Made by a program: the position numbers and the translations under genes. This document shows, one piece after another, positions 1 through 7,126 of a stretch of 36,702 nucleotides of DNA. Below the pieces are notes generated by a model. That model was given only the letters and a program-made list of their open reading frames with translations, did not search any database and had not been told where the DNA came from. Positions within the stretch are counted from its first letter, which is position 1; each line of letters starts with the position of its first letter. This DNA is from a virus, in the IMG/VR virus record IMGVR_UViG_3300045988_119983; one strand, given 5' to 3'.

Positions 1-55
1 CCTGCTGCGTCTTACGTTTGTGATGCCAACGGCAAAGCCACTGGAGGTTCACCGC
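1..55. repeat. 55-bp exact terminal direct repeat, copy 1 (assembly overlap of a circular molecule)
   Basis: cctgctgcgtcttacgtttgtgatgccaacggcaaagccactggaggttcaccgc is identical to 36648..36702. Confidence 0.97.
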
Positions 56-229
56 GCGGTGATCGTCACCTGGCTCGATGTGATCGCAGTCTGTACCTGC
101 AGCGGGGCAGCGCGTGCCGTCGTGCAGCATCGCTTCACACCTGCCGGCTGCGCGATCGCGAACGAAGGCGCGGCGCTCTTCCCAGTCATCAGGCAGACGG
201 GCGGCGCGGTCCGATGTCTCCCATGCCAT
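1..229 (-). CDS. HNH endonuclease, 5' part (gene continues at 36571..36702 across the circular junction; 101 aa in total)
   Basis: Own translation from ATG 229 (SD GAGGGGG upstream): MAWETSDRAARLPDDWEERRAFVRDRAAGRCEAMLHDGTRCPAAGTDCDHIEPGDDHRAVNLQWLCRWHHKRKT.... This is an HNH-type pattern (C..C, CDH, NLQ.LC..HH). Not in the ORF track because it is split by the window edge. Confidence 0.85.
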   Translation of the reverse strand, partial: MAWETSDRAARLPDDWEERRAFVRDRAAGRCEAMLHDGTRCPAAGTDCDHIEPGDDHRAVNLQWLCRWHHKRKTQQ

Positions 230-253
230 GCCCGCCCCCTCATCCCGTATGCA

Positions 254-294
254 CTGACCCCCGCTCCACCGGGGCCGATGGGAGCGGGGGTCAG
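254..294 (-). terminator. Perfect 14-bp GC-rich hairpin between the last early gene and the HNH gene; possible terminator or attenuator
   Basis: ctgacccccgctcc (254-267) / ggagcgggggtcag (281-294), 13-nt loop. No U-tract on either strand. Confidence 0.35.
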
Positions 295-396
295 TACAAG
301 TGCGCGGATTGCCGTTAAAGCAGAAGCCCCTCGCTTACGCTCAGGGCCACACTAGGAGAATACGCCGTGACAAGCCCTTCTGCAAGCGACACGCGC

Positions 397-1179
397 CTAC
401 ATCCTGCGTGTCGCCAGCCTCTCAATATCCCCGACCCGGTAGAGGCGATCCCCGCCCCTCCTCGCCCGGGGCGCCAGCTGTCCCCGCTGCGCCCACTTCC
501 GGACAGTCGGATCCTTGATCTGCGTGCCGGCCAGGATCTCCGCGACGCGTGTCGCCCGCGAGCGTGGCAGCAGAGACTCACGAGCTTTCGAGAGCAGTCG
601 CTCCCAGGCTTCGCCGATCTGCTCGACCGCTCCGCACTCCCGGCAGGTCGTCGCCTCCTCATCTGGATCGCGCACGAGAAGATCAGCGTCGCACTGGCTG
701 CACGAGCCGACGTAGACGAGACGCTGTCTGCCGGGGGAGGCGAGGCGTTCCAATCGCGAGACAGAGTAGAGCACCTCGTCTGCGCACTGCTCGGCTTCCG
801 ACCATCTGCGGAGCTTGTCCTCGTGCAGGTCGAACACGCGCGCGACCATCCACCAATCGCCGGGCCGCACCCAGTAGGACGGACCCATCACGTGCGAGAG
901 GAGCAGCGTCGCCCAGGTGAGGATTGAATCGCACATCTCGTCAACCTCAATCATGAGCGCGAGGTTGAGCGGAGCTCGCGACGACGGGACTCCAGCGCCG
1001 CCGACCTGCTCGCCCGTGCGCACGCCGTGCGACGCAGCATAGGCGAGATCACTCATCAGGCCGGGCATCGACGCGGTCGCGACACGGATGCGGGCAGCTC
1101 CGCCGCGAGACAGGAACTCTCCATCGAGGAGAGGCTCACCCGTCACCGGGCAAACCCGGCGGTCGTCATACTCAGTCAT
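397..1179 (-). CDS. DNA-binding protein with CxxC..CxxC zinc ribbon and C-terminal MerR/excisionase-like HTH; possible late-gene regulator by position
   Basis: Start taken at MTEYDD (ATG 1179, overlapping the stop of the upstream gene). CSQCDADLL..TTCRECG; C-terminal RATRVAEILAGTQIKDPTVRKWAQRG...LYRVGDIERL. Confidence 0.55.
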   Translation of the reverse strand: MTEYDDRRVCPVTGEPLLDGEFLSRGGAARIRVATASMPGLMSDLAYAASHGVRTGEQVGGAGVPSSRAPLNLALMIEVDEMCDSILTWATLLLSHVMGPSYWVRPGDWWMVARVFDLHEDKLRRWSEAEQCADEVLYSVSRLERLASPGRQRLVYVGSCSQCDADLLVRDPDEEATTCRECGAVEQIGEAWERLLSKARESLLPRSRATRVAEILAGTQIKDPTVRKWAQRGQLAPRARRGGDRLYRVGDIERLATRRM

Positions 1180-1414
1180 CGTATCCCTCCACCCATGAGG
1201 AGAGCTGATCGCGCACAGACTCGATGAGGCCACGCCGCGCGAGCATCGATCCTCCGCCGTCATGCATAAAGACAGTCACTTCTTCTTTGCTGGGGACCAT
1301 TACCTCAGCACAGACCACCCAGGTCCCCGTCACCGCCTGATCTCCATGCCCTGCCTGTACCAGTGCTGAGAGAGCATCTTCTACCTTGCCCCTCAGCTCT
1401 TCTTCCTGGCTCAT
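1172..1414 (-). CDS. Hypothetical protein (80 aa)
   Basis: ORF with strong SD (GAAGGAGAAGAAGG). Its ATG overlaps the TAA of the upstream gene by 1 nt. Confidence 0.6.
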   Translation of the reverse strand: MSQEEELRGKVEDALSALVQAGHGDQAVTGTWVVCAEVMVPSKEEVTVFMHDGGGSMLARRGLIESVRDQLSSWVEGYDD

Positions 1415-2442
1415 TACCTTCTTCTCCTTCTACGGTTCCGTTTACTTGATTGCTGCTGAGGTGTGCGCGGGTGCCCGGCCTGGCCCGCGCCTGCCCTTCC
1501 CGGCCCGTCCCGTCCCGTCCCGTCCCTACCCGACCCGAGAGTATTCGACCTGATACCCTTCGACGTCGGACCAGGGTTCGGACTCAAGTCCGAACTAGGT
1601 CGAATACGCGGACCCTCGGACGCGCGCCGCTCGGACGCGCCGGGGTCACGCACAGCGGCCTCAGCGGGGCCGCTGTAGCCGCGCCCGGGGTCAACAGGCG
1701 CGCCGGACCCTCGGCCCGGGAGCACGCCCCTCGCGGGCGGCTCTGAGGCGGGGTCAACGGGCGCGCCCGGATCCACGGACGGCACGGCTTCATATCCGTA
1801 CCTGGTGAGGAATTCTGCCGACCACACTCCGTAATAGGGCGTGGTCGGGACGGGACGCAGCGGCGAGGCCGCGTCGAACGCTTCCCGCGCGTGACCGCGC
1901 GAGGAGTTGCACTCATAGCAGGCGACCACGAGACCATCGACCGGGGCGTCCCCCAGCGAGTCCGGGTCCACGTGATCGAGCGTGCCGAGGTTGTAACCTT
2001 TCGGGCCAGTCCACCGCACGACCTTCCCGCAGTACCGGCACTGATCGCCGTCGCGGAAGATTACAGCAGCCTTTTTATTCGGGTCGCGATTCTCCCGCGA
2101 CCGTGCGCGGCGACGCATGACCTCCTCGCGCGGCTGGATATGAATGAACTCTTCATCCGTGAACAGGCGTAGTTTCTTCGCGCCGTCCACCTCAACCCAC
2201 GTGAGCAGCTCTGCGGCCACCGCCGCATCGATGAGGTGCACAACCCGCGAGCGCTCGCCGTCGCGGAAAGCTGCGCCTCTCTCGATGATTCCGTCTGTTA
2301 GGTGCTTGGCCGAGTAGGTCGCGAGCGCCATGAGGAAGCCGAACATTTCGACGATCGAGATGTCCTCGGCGCCCTCCACGTCGTACAAGCTCATGAGCTT
2401 CGGGTGGCTCAGCGCTTCGTCGCCGACTCGGACCCAGGCCAT
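1414..2442 (-). CDS. HNH-domain protein with unknown N-terminal domain and a long low-complexity C-terminal tail
   Basis: CRYCGKVV...LDHVDP...VVACYECNSSRGH. SD AAGGAGGG before ATG 2442. Downstream of about 1640 the third-codon-position GC content (GC3) falls and DNA repeats and inverted repeats dominate. Confidence 0.7.
   Translation of the reverse strand: MAWVRVGDEALSHPKLMSLYDVEGAEDISIVEMFGFLMALATYSAKHLTDGIIERGAAFRDGERSRVVHLIDAAVAAELLTWVEVDGAKKLRLFTDEEFIHIQPREEVMRRRARSRENRDPNKKAAVIFRDGDQCRYCGKVVRWTGPKGYNLGTLDHVDPDSLGDAPVDGLVVACYECNSSRGHAREAFDAASPLRPVPTTPYYGVWSAEFLTRYGYEAVPSVDPGAPVDPASEPPARGVLPGRGSGAPVDPGRGYSGPAEAAVRDPGASERRASEGPRIRPSSDLSPNPGPTSKGIRSNTLGSGRDGTGRDGPGRAGAGQAGHPRTPQQQSSKRNRRRRRR
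1504..1526. repeat. Pentanucleotide tandem repeat (CCCGT)x4 plus a partial unit
   Basis: cccgtcccgtcccgtcccgtccc. The unit length is not a multiple of 3, and the repeat lies in the tail of the 342-aa ORF. Confidence 0.9.
1541..1607. other. Nested inverted repeats (cruciform or RNA three-element structure)
   Basis: Outer IR gtattcgacc (1541-1550) / ggtcgaatac (1598-1607). Inner perfect hairpin gttcggac-tcaa-gtccgaac (1576-1595). Palindrome cgacgtcg (1561-1568). Confidence 0.8.
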
Positions 2443-2480
2443 TAGTTGCCCTCCTTTACGGTTGTTTTCTTGATCTCCGT

Positions 2481-2657
2481 TTACTCCCAGTAGTCCTCCG
2501 GGAACAGATCCCGAGGCCGGAACCCCGGGAAGTTTCTGCGCATCCAGTCACGCTCGGTCTTACGCTGGTACTCAGCCTCAAACCTGCGGAAGCACGGCCT
2601 ACAGCGCGCGTGCCCTGCAGCGAGCACCTCGCCGCAGTCCGGGCAGTAGCGCTCCAT
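2481..2657 (-). CDS. Small zinc-ribbon protein (58 aa)
   Basis: Own translation: [58 protein letters not shown]. Its ATG overlaps the ssb stop (TGATG). Below the length cut-off of the ORF track. Confidence 0.6.
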   Translation of the reverse strand: MERYCPDCGEVLAAGHARCRPCFRRFEAEYQRKTERDWMRRNFPGFRPRDLFPEDYWE

Positions 2658-3163
2658 CAGAACGGCGGCTCAGAAGGGGCAGCAGGAGCGCCCCACGGAT
2701 CGTGCTGCTCCGCATCCAGCGACGCAGACGGTTGCCACCCGCCCGCATCCTGAACAGGCGCAGGCCCCGCCCCGAAGCCGCCCGCGCTCGCGGGCTGCAC
2801 TTGAACGCGGGTGACCTGTGCGCGTGCGCGGCGCAGGGAGGGGCCGACCTCGTCAACCTGCAGCTCTACGACCGTACGGCGTTCGCCCTGCGGGGTTTCG
2901 TACGAGCGCTGGGTGAGGCGACCCTGAACGATGACGCGCATGCCCTTACGCAGCGACTCGGCAACGTTCTCAGCGATCTCGCGCCACACGGAGCAGCGCA
3001 TAAAGAGGGTGTCGCCGTCGCGCCACTCGCCGGCGTTACGGTCGTAGGTTCGCGGCGTCGACGCGACGGTGAAGTCGGCGACTGCGGCGCCGGACTGCGT
3101 CCAACGCAGCTCGGGGTCAGCGGTCAGGTTACCGATGACAGTGATGACGGTTTCTCCAGCCAT
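2657..3163 (-). CDS. ssb: Single-stranded DNA-binding protein
   Basis: N-terminal OB-fold pattern [26 protein letters not shown]...[12 protein letters not shown]...VQGRL, Gly/Pro-rich linker, C-terminal tip EPPF. Confidence 0.9.
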   Translation of the reverse strand: MAGETVITVIGNLTADPELRWTQSGAAVADFTVASTPRTYDRNAGEWRDGDTLFMRCSVWREIAENVAESLRKGMRVIVQGRLTQRSYETPQGERRTVVELQVDEVGPSLRRARAQVTRVQVQPASAGGFGAGPAPVQDAGGWQPSASLDAEQHDPWGAPAAPSEPPF

Positions 3164-3588
3164 TACTTGCTCTCTTTCTTATCTGTGTTCGCGTACACGC
3201 GGATGCTGACCTCGTACATCGGGATGTTCAGGTGCTTCCCTGCCAGGTTGTCCGCGATGACGGTGTGCGGGCCGTCGAGGAACCGGTCCGCGTCATCAGG
3301 CAACAGGCCTGCGTCGATCAGGCCGTCCATGAGCGCCTTCACGGTCGGCGCAAGGTTGCTGCGGTCGCGTCGGCGACGATCCGGATACGCGAACTCCACC
3401 TCGACGCGAGCGTGCGTCAGTCCGAGGCGAGCGACGCCTTCACCTTCACGACCGAGCAGGTAGCCCCACTGACGGAGCTGCTTCGTGAGCCGCGCGCGGA
3501 CGCCCCAGTGCATCTTGTCGTTCGCGGTGATTAGCTTGCTGCGCGTCAGCGGCAGGACACGCGATTCCCATACCAGCTGCGAACTCAT
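3163..3588 (-). CDS. rusA: RusA-like Holliday junction resolvase
   Basis: [30 protein letters not shown] matches the RusA acidic catalytic pattern. Size 141 aa. Confidence 0.7.
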   Translation of the reverse strand: MSSQLVWESRVLPLTRSKLITANDKMHWGVRARLTKQLRQWGYLLGREGEGVARLGLTHARVEVEFAYPDRRRRDRSNLAPTVKALMDGLIDAGLLPDDADRFLDGPHTVIADNLAGKHLNIPMYEVSIRVYANTDKKESK

Positions 3589-3893
3589 CCCAGATCCTCC
3601 TCTGTGAGCTGTTCGCCCGGCCTCGTGTACCAGGCTGTGAAGTCCTCCGGGATGCGGTTCGACAGACGCATACTGCCCGGGCGTGCGACGATCATGTCCC
3701 CCTCAAGCGCCCAGATCGTGTAGGTGTGCTCGACGAGCATCACCCGCCCGTCCGGCGTGAAGCCGCACCGCTTGCGCGCGCGGCGCGCGATCGCCTCCGC
3801 GTTCTCACGAGTCAGCCGGACCGCGCGGACGAGCGCGCGCTCCTGAAACTCCTTGACACCGGGGATGTCCTTCAGTGGGTCGATGGCGGTCAT
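3585..3893 (-). CDS. Hypothetical protein (102 aa)
   Basis: ORF with ATGA overlaps at both ends. Confidence 0.6.
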   Translation of the reverse strand: MTAIDPLKDIPGVKEFQERALVRAVRLTRENAEAIARRARKRCGFTPDGRVMLVEHTYTIWALEGDMIVARPGSMRLSNRIPEDFTAWYTRPGEQLTEEDLG

Positions 3894-5102
3894 GCTGCCT
3901 CCTTAAGGGCGATCTTGGTGAGCTGGTAGATAGCTGCGGCGCCCTGCTGCGGGACGACCCCATTTCCGAGGAGTCGGAGCTGCTGCTCGCGTGTCAGGCC
4001 GAGATCCGCGCCTGTCACATGCCCTTCCGGTAGCCCCATGAGCCACTCGACAAACTTCGTTGAGAGGCGTGCTCGCCCCCCCCTCGCGAGTCGGTGGGAC
4101 AGTCGGCGCCGGAGCCTCACGTCCGAGCACCTGCTCCCAGCGCGCGATCGCTGGCGCGTACATTCCGAAATCGGTGTACTCAATCCGCGTCGCCAGGTGT
4201 GTACTCTTTTCCGGCGGTCGTCCGCTCGTCCGAGGGAGGCCCATCACCGCATCTCCTGCCTTCGGAGTCGGCAGCAGCTCGCGCGCCACTTCGTGCAAGT
4301 TCGCGCCGTACCCGGTCGAGGAGGCCGTTGCGTTCGTTGCCTGCGGCGTCGGCAGCATCTGCACCGCCTGAGACAGACTCATGCCCGTCCCCTCCTGGTG
4401 CCTCCCCGCCTTATGGTCCGACGCAGTCGGCGTCGGGATCAGGGCACCAGATGCTCGATCTGGTCTGCCAGGCTCACCGAGTGCCCCCCGGCCCGCCGCT
4501 TCTCCGGCTCCTGCGATCCCCCGCAGCTGCCAAGGTTCGCCTGCGGGGTGGCTAGTAACAAAAAGTCGCTCTCGCTGATGAGGGGCGCCAACGTCGGAAG
4601 CTCTGACAACACACCATTGCGAGTCATACCCGAGGCCGGCCAGATCTCCGACCACACGGCCTGCTGCGCGGAGAAGAGATCCATCTGCTCCGTCTCCCAG
4701 CAGTCCCTGCTCTTGTTCCACCAGACTGAATGCTCCACTCGTCAAACTCCCTCGCACGTTTTCCCACACGACCAGACGCGGACGCAGTGTCTTGATCGCC
4801 TCGAACATCGACTCCCACAGGCCCGATCTCGTCCCCGAGGCCATGCCCGCGCGACGGCCCGCGAGGCTCAGATCCTGGCAGGGTGAGCCTCCGCAGATGA
4901 TGTCGACCGGTTCAACGTCCGACCAATCAACCTGCGTGATGTCGCCTAGATTCGGCACGCCAGGCCAGCGCACCTCAGCAAGCCGACATGGCCCCGGCTC
5001 GACGTCACTCGTCCACGCGACACGCGCCGACGGATCAAGGGCTATACGCACGGCCATATCAAGACCGCCGTATCCAGTAAAGAGACTGCCGATAGTTGTC
5101 AT
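3890..5102 (-). CDS. DNA (cytosine-5) methyltransferase, reading frame broken at a G8 tract
   Basis: Start MTTIGSLFTGYGGLD (motif I), GGSPCQDLS (IV), ENVRG (VI), GAPHQRERLF (VIII), three LPTPxA repeats. The C-terminal FVEWLMGLPEGHVT...GNGVVPQ (motif X) is in the +1 frame (track ORF 3890..4183). Confidence 0.85.
4076..4083. repeat. Homopolymer C8 (G8 on the coding strand) at the methyltransferase frame break
   Basis: gctcgCCCCCCCCtcgcg. Confidence 0.95.
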
Positions 5103-5488
5103 TCTGCGGCCTCGTCTCGGTCCCACATCCTGTAATAGCGGTTCTCGAACTCCCTCGCACCGCGCGGGTTCGCGAGCGCCAAGAGCACATCTGCATGGCA
5201 GGGCTGATCGAGCTTGCACCAGCAAGCCAGGTCCAAGCCCCACAAATTCCGGGCTGCGCACGACGCTACGAACCGGCCTTCTCGCGTCTGCTCGATCCAC
5301 TCGCGATACCGAGCGACAGCCTCATCCGCCGACGCGACAACAAGCTCGCCGCCCTCTTCAAGCTCACGCGCCGACCGGGCGACTCGGTAAGGGTTCCCGT
5401 ACAGGCTCCCCCTGCCCACGTACTTCGTGTGCGCGGGCATACGCCACCCGCGAGCGCGGCGGCGCTGGATCCTGATCGGGAGTCTCAT
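5099..5488 (-). CDS. DUF4326-like protein
   Basis: RGWRMPAHTKYVGRGSLYGNPY...DLACWCKLDQPCHADVLLALAN, as I recall the family signature. Confidence 0.6.
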   Translation of the reverse strand: MRLPIRIQRRRARGWRMPAHTKYVGRGSLYGNPYRVARSARELEEGGELVVASADEAVARYREWIEQTREGRFVASCAARNLWGLDLACWCKLDQPCHADVLLALANPRGAREFENRYYRMWDRDEAAE

Positions 5489-5727
5489 TGCTGCTCCTCA
5501 GCCCAGACGCCGACCTCTGCGAGCTCGGCGGGCGTGTAGCCGCGCTCGCGGGTGAAGTTGATGACGGTTTGTGCGCAGGCTTTGTGCGTGATGTGCTCGA
5601 TTGTGGTGGCTTCGTTTTCGGCGTCGATGGTGACGTGAACGTTCGAGCCTTTCGGCGCGAGGCGCGTGCGGCAGACAGGGCAGAAGCGGAAGCCGGGGAC
5701 GTTGCGCGCCTGCTTGATTTCGATCAT
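5485..5727 (-). CDS. Small Cys-containing protein (80 aa), possible zinc ribbon
   Basis: Start MIEIKQARNV (ATGA overlap at 5724-5727). FCPVCRT...HKAC. Confidence 0.5.
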   Translation of the reverse strand: MIEIKQARNVPGFRFCPVCRTRLAPKGSNVHVTIDAENEATTIEHITHKACAQTVINFTRERGYTPAELAEVGVWAEEQQ

Positions 5728-6026
5728 TGCTCGGCTCCTTCGATGTCGGTGAGGTCGTAGATGTGGACCCCGCACGCCGGGCATCGGCGCAGTGTGTGCG
5801 GTGGCTGCGGCTCTGGGGTTTCGTCGTCCTGGCGGGTGACCTTGCCGGTGACTCGCACGAGCCGGAGCTCGTGCAGGACGGAAGGTGAGGGTCCGGAGCG
5901 GATGACGAGTCCGCGGCGTTCTGCTTCCTCGACGAACGCGGCGCAGGCCGTCGCGACGATATGAGGCATGGGGAGATGTTGGTCGGCGATCTCCCACTCG
6001 ATGCTGAGGAGCCCGGCGCCGCTCAT
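5724..6026 (-). CDS. Hypothetical protein (100 aa)
   Basis: ORF with ATGA coupling to its neighbours. Confidence 0.55.
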   Translation of the reverse strand: MSGAGLLSIEWEIADQHLPMPHIVATACAAFVEEAERRGLVIRSGPSPSVLHELRLVRVTGKVTRQDDETPEPQPPHTLRRCPACGVHIYDLTDIEGAEQ

Positions 6027-6376
6027 TCCCCGGCCTCCTCGGGTGTGATCGGTGTGCCCTGTGAGACGTTGACTAGGGCGTCGATTGGTTCGCCGATTGC
6101 TAGGCGGATTTCGCTGGCTTCGTCGGGTGTGCCGGCGTACCTGGCGGCGACGTAGCTTGCTACGTCGGCGAGGTCCGAAGCTGCGACGGCGATCGCGTCC
6201 TGCAGCTCATCGACACGGTCGAGGAGGTACGCCATATCCACGGCTGCGTTCTGGTCGAACGCAGCGACAGCGTCTGTGTAGGCCTTCGCGATCGCGGTGC
6301 GGTCTGCGCCTGCGTAGCTGCGGCCAGCGAACGCCACGGCGTTCAGCCTGTCCTTGATCTCGTTGATGGTGGTCAT
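6023..6376 (-). CDS. Hypothetical acidic protein (117 aa)
   Basis: ORF with high third-position GC. Confidence 0.6.
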   Translation of the reverse strand: MTTINEIKDRLNAVAFAGRSYAGADRTAIAKAYTDAVAAFDQNAAVDMAYLLDRVDELQDAIAVAASDLADVASYVAARYAGTPDEASEIRLAIGEPIDALVNVSQGTPITPEEAGE

Positions 6377-6388
6377 TGGTTGTCCTTC

Positions 6389-6539
6389 TCTAGGGGGTCT
6401 TGCCCTGCGCGCTCGTGGCGCGGGCTTCGTGCCCGCCCGGGACTTGCACCCGTGAGTCTGCTTGTCGGGCTGCGCGATCTTTAGCCTGTCCCGCTTTGTT
6501 TTCTTGGTGGCGGGTGGCCTCCTCGATGGTCGCGCTCAT
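6389..6539 (-). CDS. Possible small basic ORF (49 aa)
   Basis: Own translation: MSATIEEATRHQENKAGQAKDRAARQADSRVQVPGGHEARATSAQGKTP*. No clear SD and only moderate GC3. Confidence 0.25.
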
Positions 6540-6551
6540 CGGGGAGTGTGC

Positions 6552-6803
6552 TTACTCGTCGATGTAGTCGCCTTCACCGACGTTGAGGCGCTCGGATGCT
6601 TCCTGGAGCTTTCCGACGATCTCGAGGTACAGGTCGCGCTTCTTGTCGATCGCCTCACGAGCGAGACGTCGGGCGGCGAGGTCATTGATCTGCTTCGTGA
6701 TCTCCAGATCCTCATCAGCGGTGAGCACCGTCTCCTGCGCGTCGTCTCGCAGTGCCTACACCTGAGCGGCGTCGAGATAGACCGCGATGTATCTGCCCTT
6801 CAC
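6552..6803 (-). CDS. 82-codon early ORF interrupted by an in-frame TAG (6756..6758)
   Basis: Own translation: VKGRYIAVYLDAAQV*ALRDDAQETVLTADEDLEITKQINDLAARRLAREAIDKKRDLYLEIVGKLQEASERLNVGEGDYIDE*. GTG 6803 overlaps the upstream stop (GTGA). GC3 is high on both sides of the TAG. Confidence 0.5.
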
Positions 6804-7126
6804 TTTCCCTCCTCCGTCTCGGTACCGACTTCATCAGCGGCCTGTAGGGGGTCGGCTATGGACGCGATCTTCTTTGCGAGCCGGTCGCGCACGTCGGCTG
6901 CGTCCAGGGCTGCGTCCAGGGCATCGATGATCTTCGCCATCGTCGTGTGCTCGCGGCTGAGGGTTATCTTCGCTACTTGGCGAGCTCTGTCGTTGTGCAT
7001 GATCTCGACGTTCTCGAAATCGACCTCGGCACTGATGCTCTCCTCGTACAGGAACTCGCGCAGGTAGAAAACGTCAGCTGCTTCGATGGTGAGCGTTACC
7101 GGGTTTTCGAGGTGCTTAGCGCTCAT
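6800..7126 (-). CDS. Hypothetical acidic protein (108 aa)
   Basis: ORF with an ATGA overlap to the upstream surface-protein gene. Confidence 0.6.
   Translation of the reverse strand: MSAKHLENPVTLTIEAADVFYLREFLYEESISAEVDFENVEIMHNDRARQVAKITLSREHTTMAKIIDALDAALDAADVRDRLAKKIASIADPLQAADEVGTETEEGK

Noticed and set aside
4439-4738. A 99-codon alternative-frame ORF inside the methyltransferase gene (…WPASGMTRNGVLSELPTLAPLISESDFLLLATPQAN…). It has very high third-position GC and a superficially methylase-like look.
   Set aside because: - The main frame over the same bases carries unmistakable motifs (LGYDSQWCVVRASDVGAPHQRERLF).
- The alternative frame's third position is the main frame's G-rich first position, which explains the GC3 signal.
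- A TGA lies two codons upstream of its GTG.
- It is worth a homology search, but I treat it as an off-frame artefact.
6756-6758. Genome-wide TAG reassignment or suppression as the explanation for the in-frame amber codon.
   Set aside because: TAG is used as an ordinary terminator elsewhere (9688, 14023, 16082, 29526, 9267) at positions with sensible gene ends. Any readthrough would have to be local.
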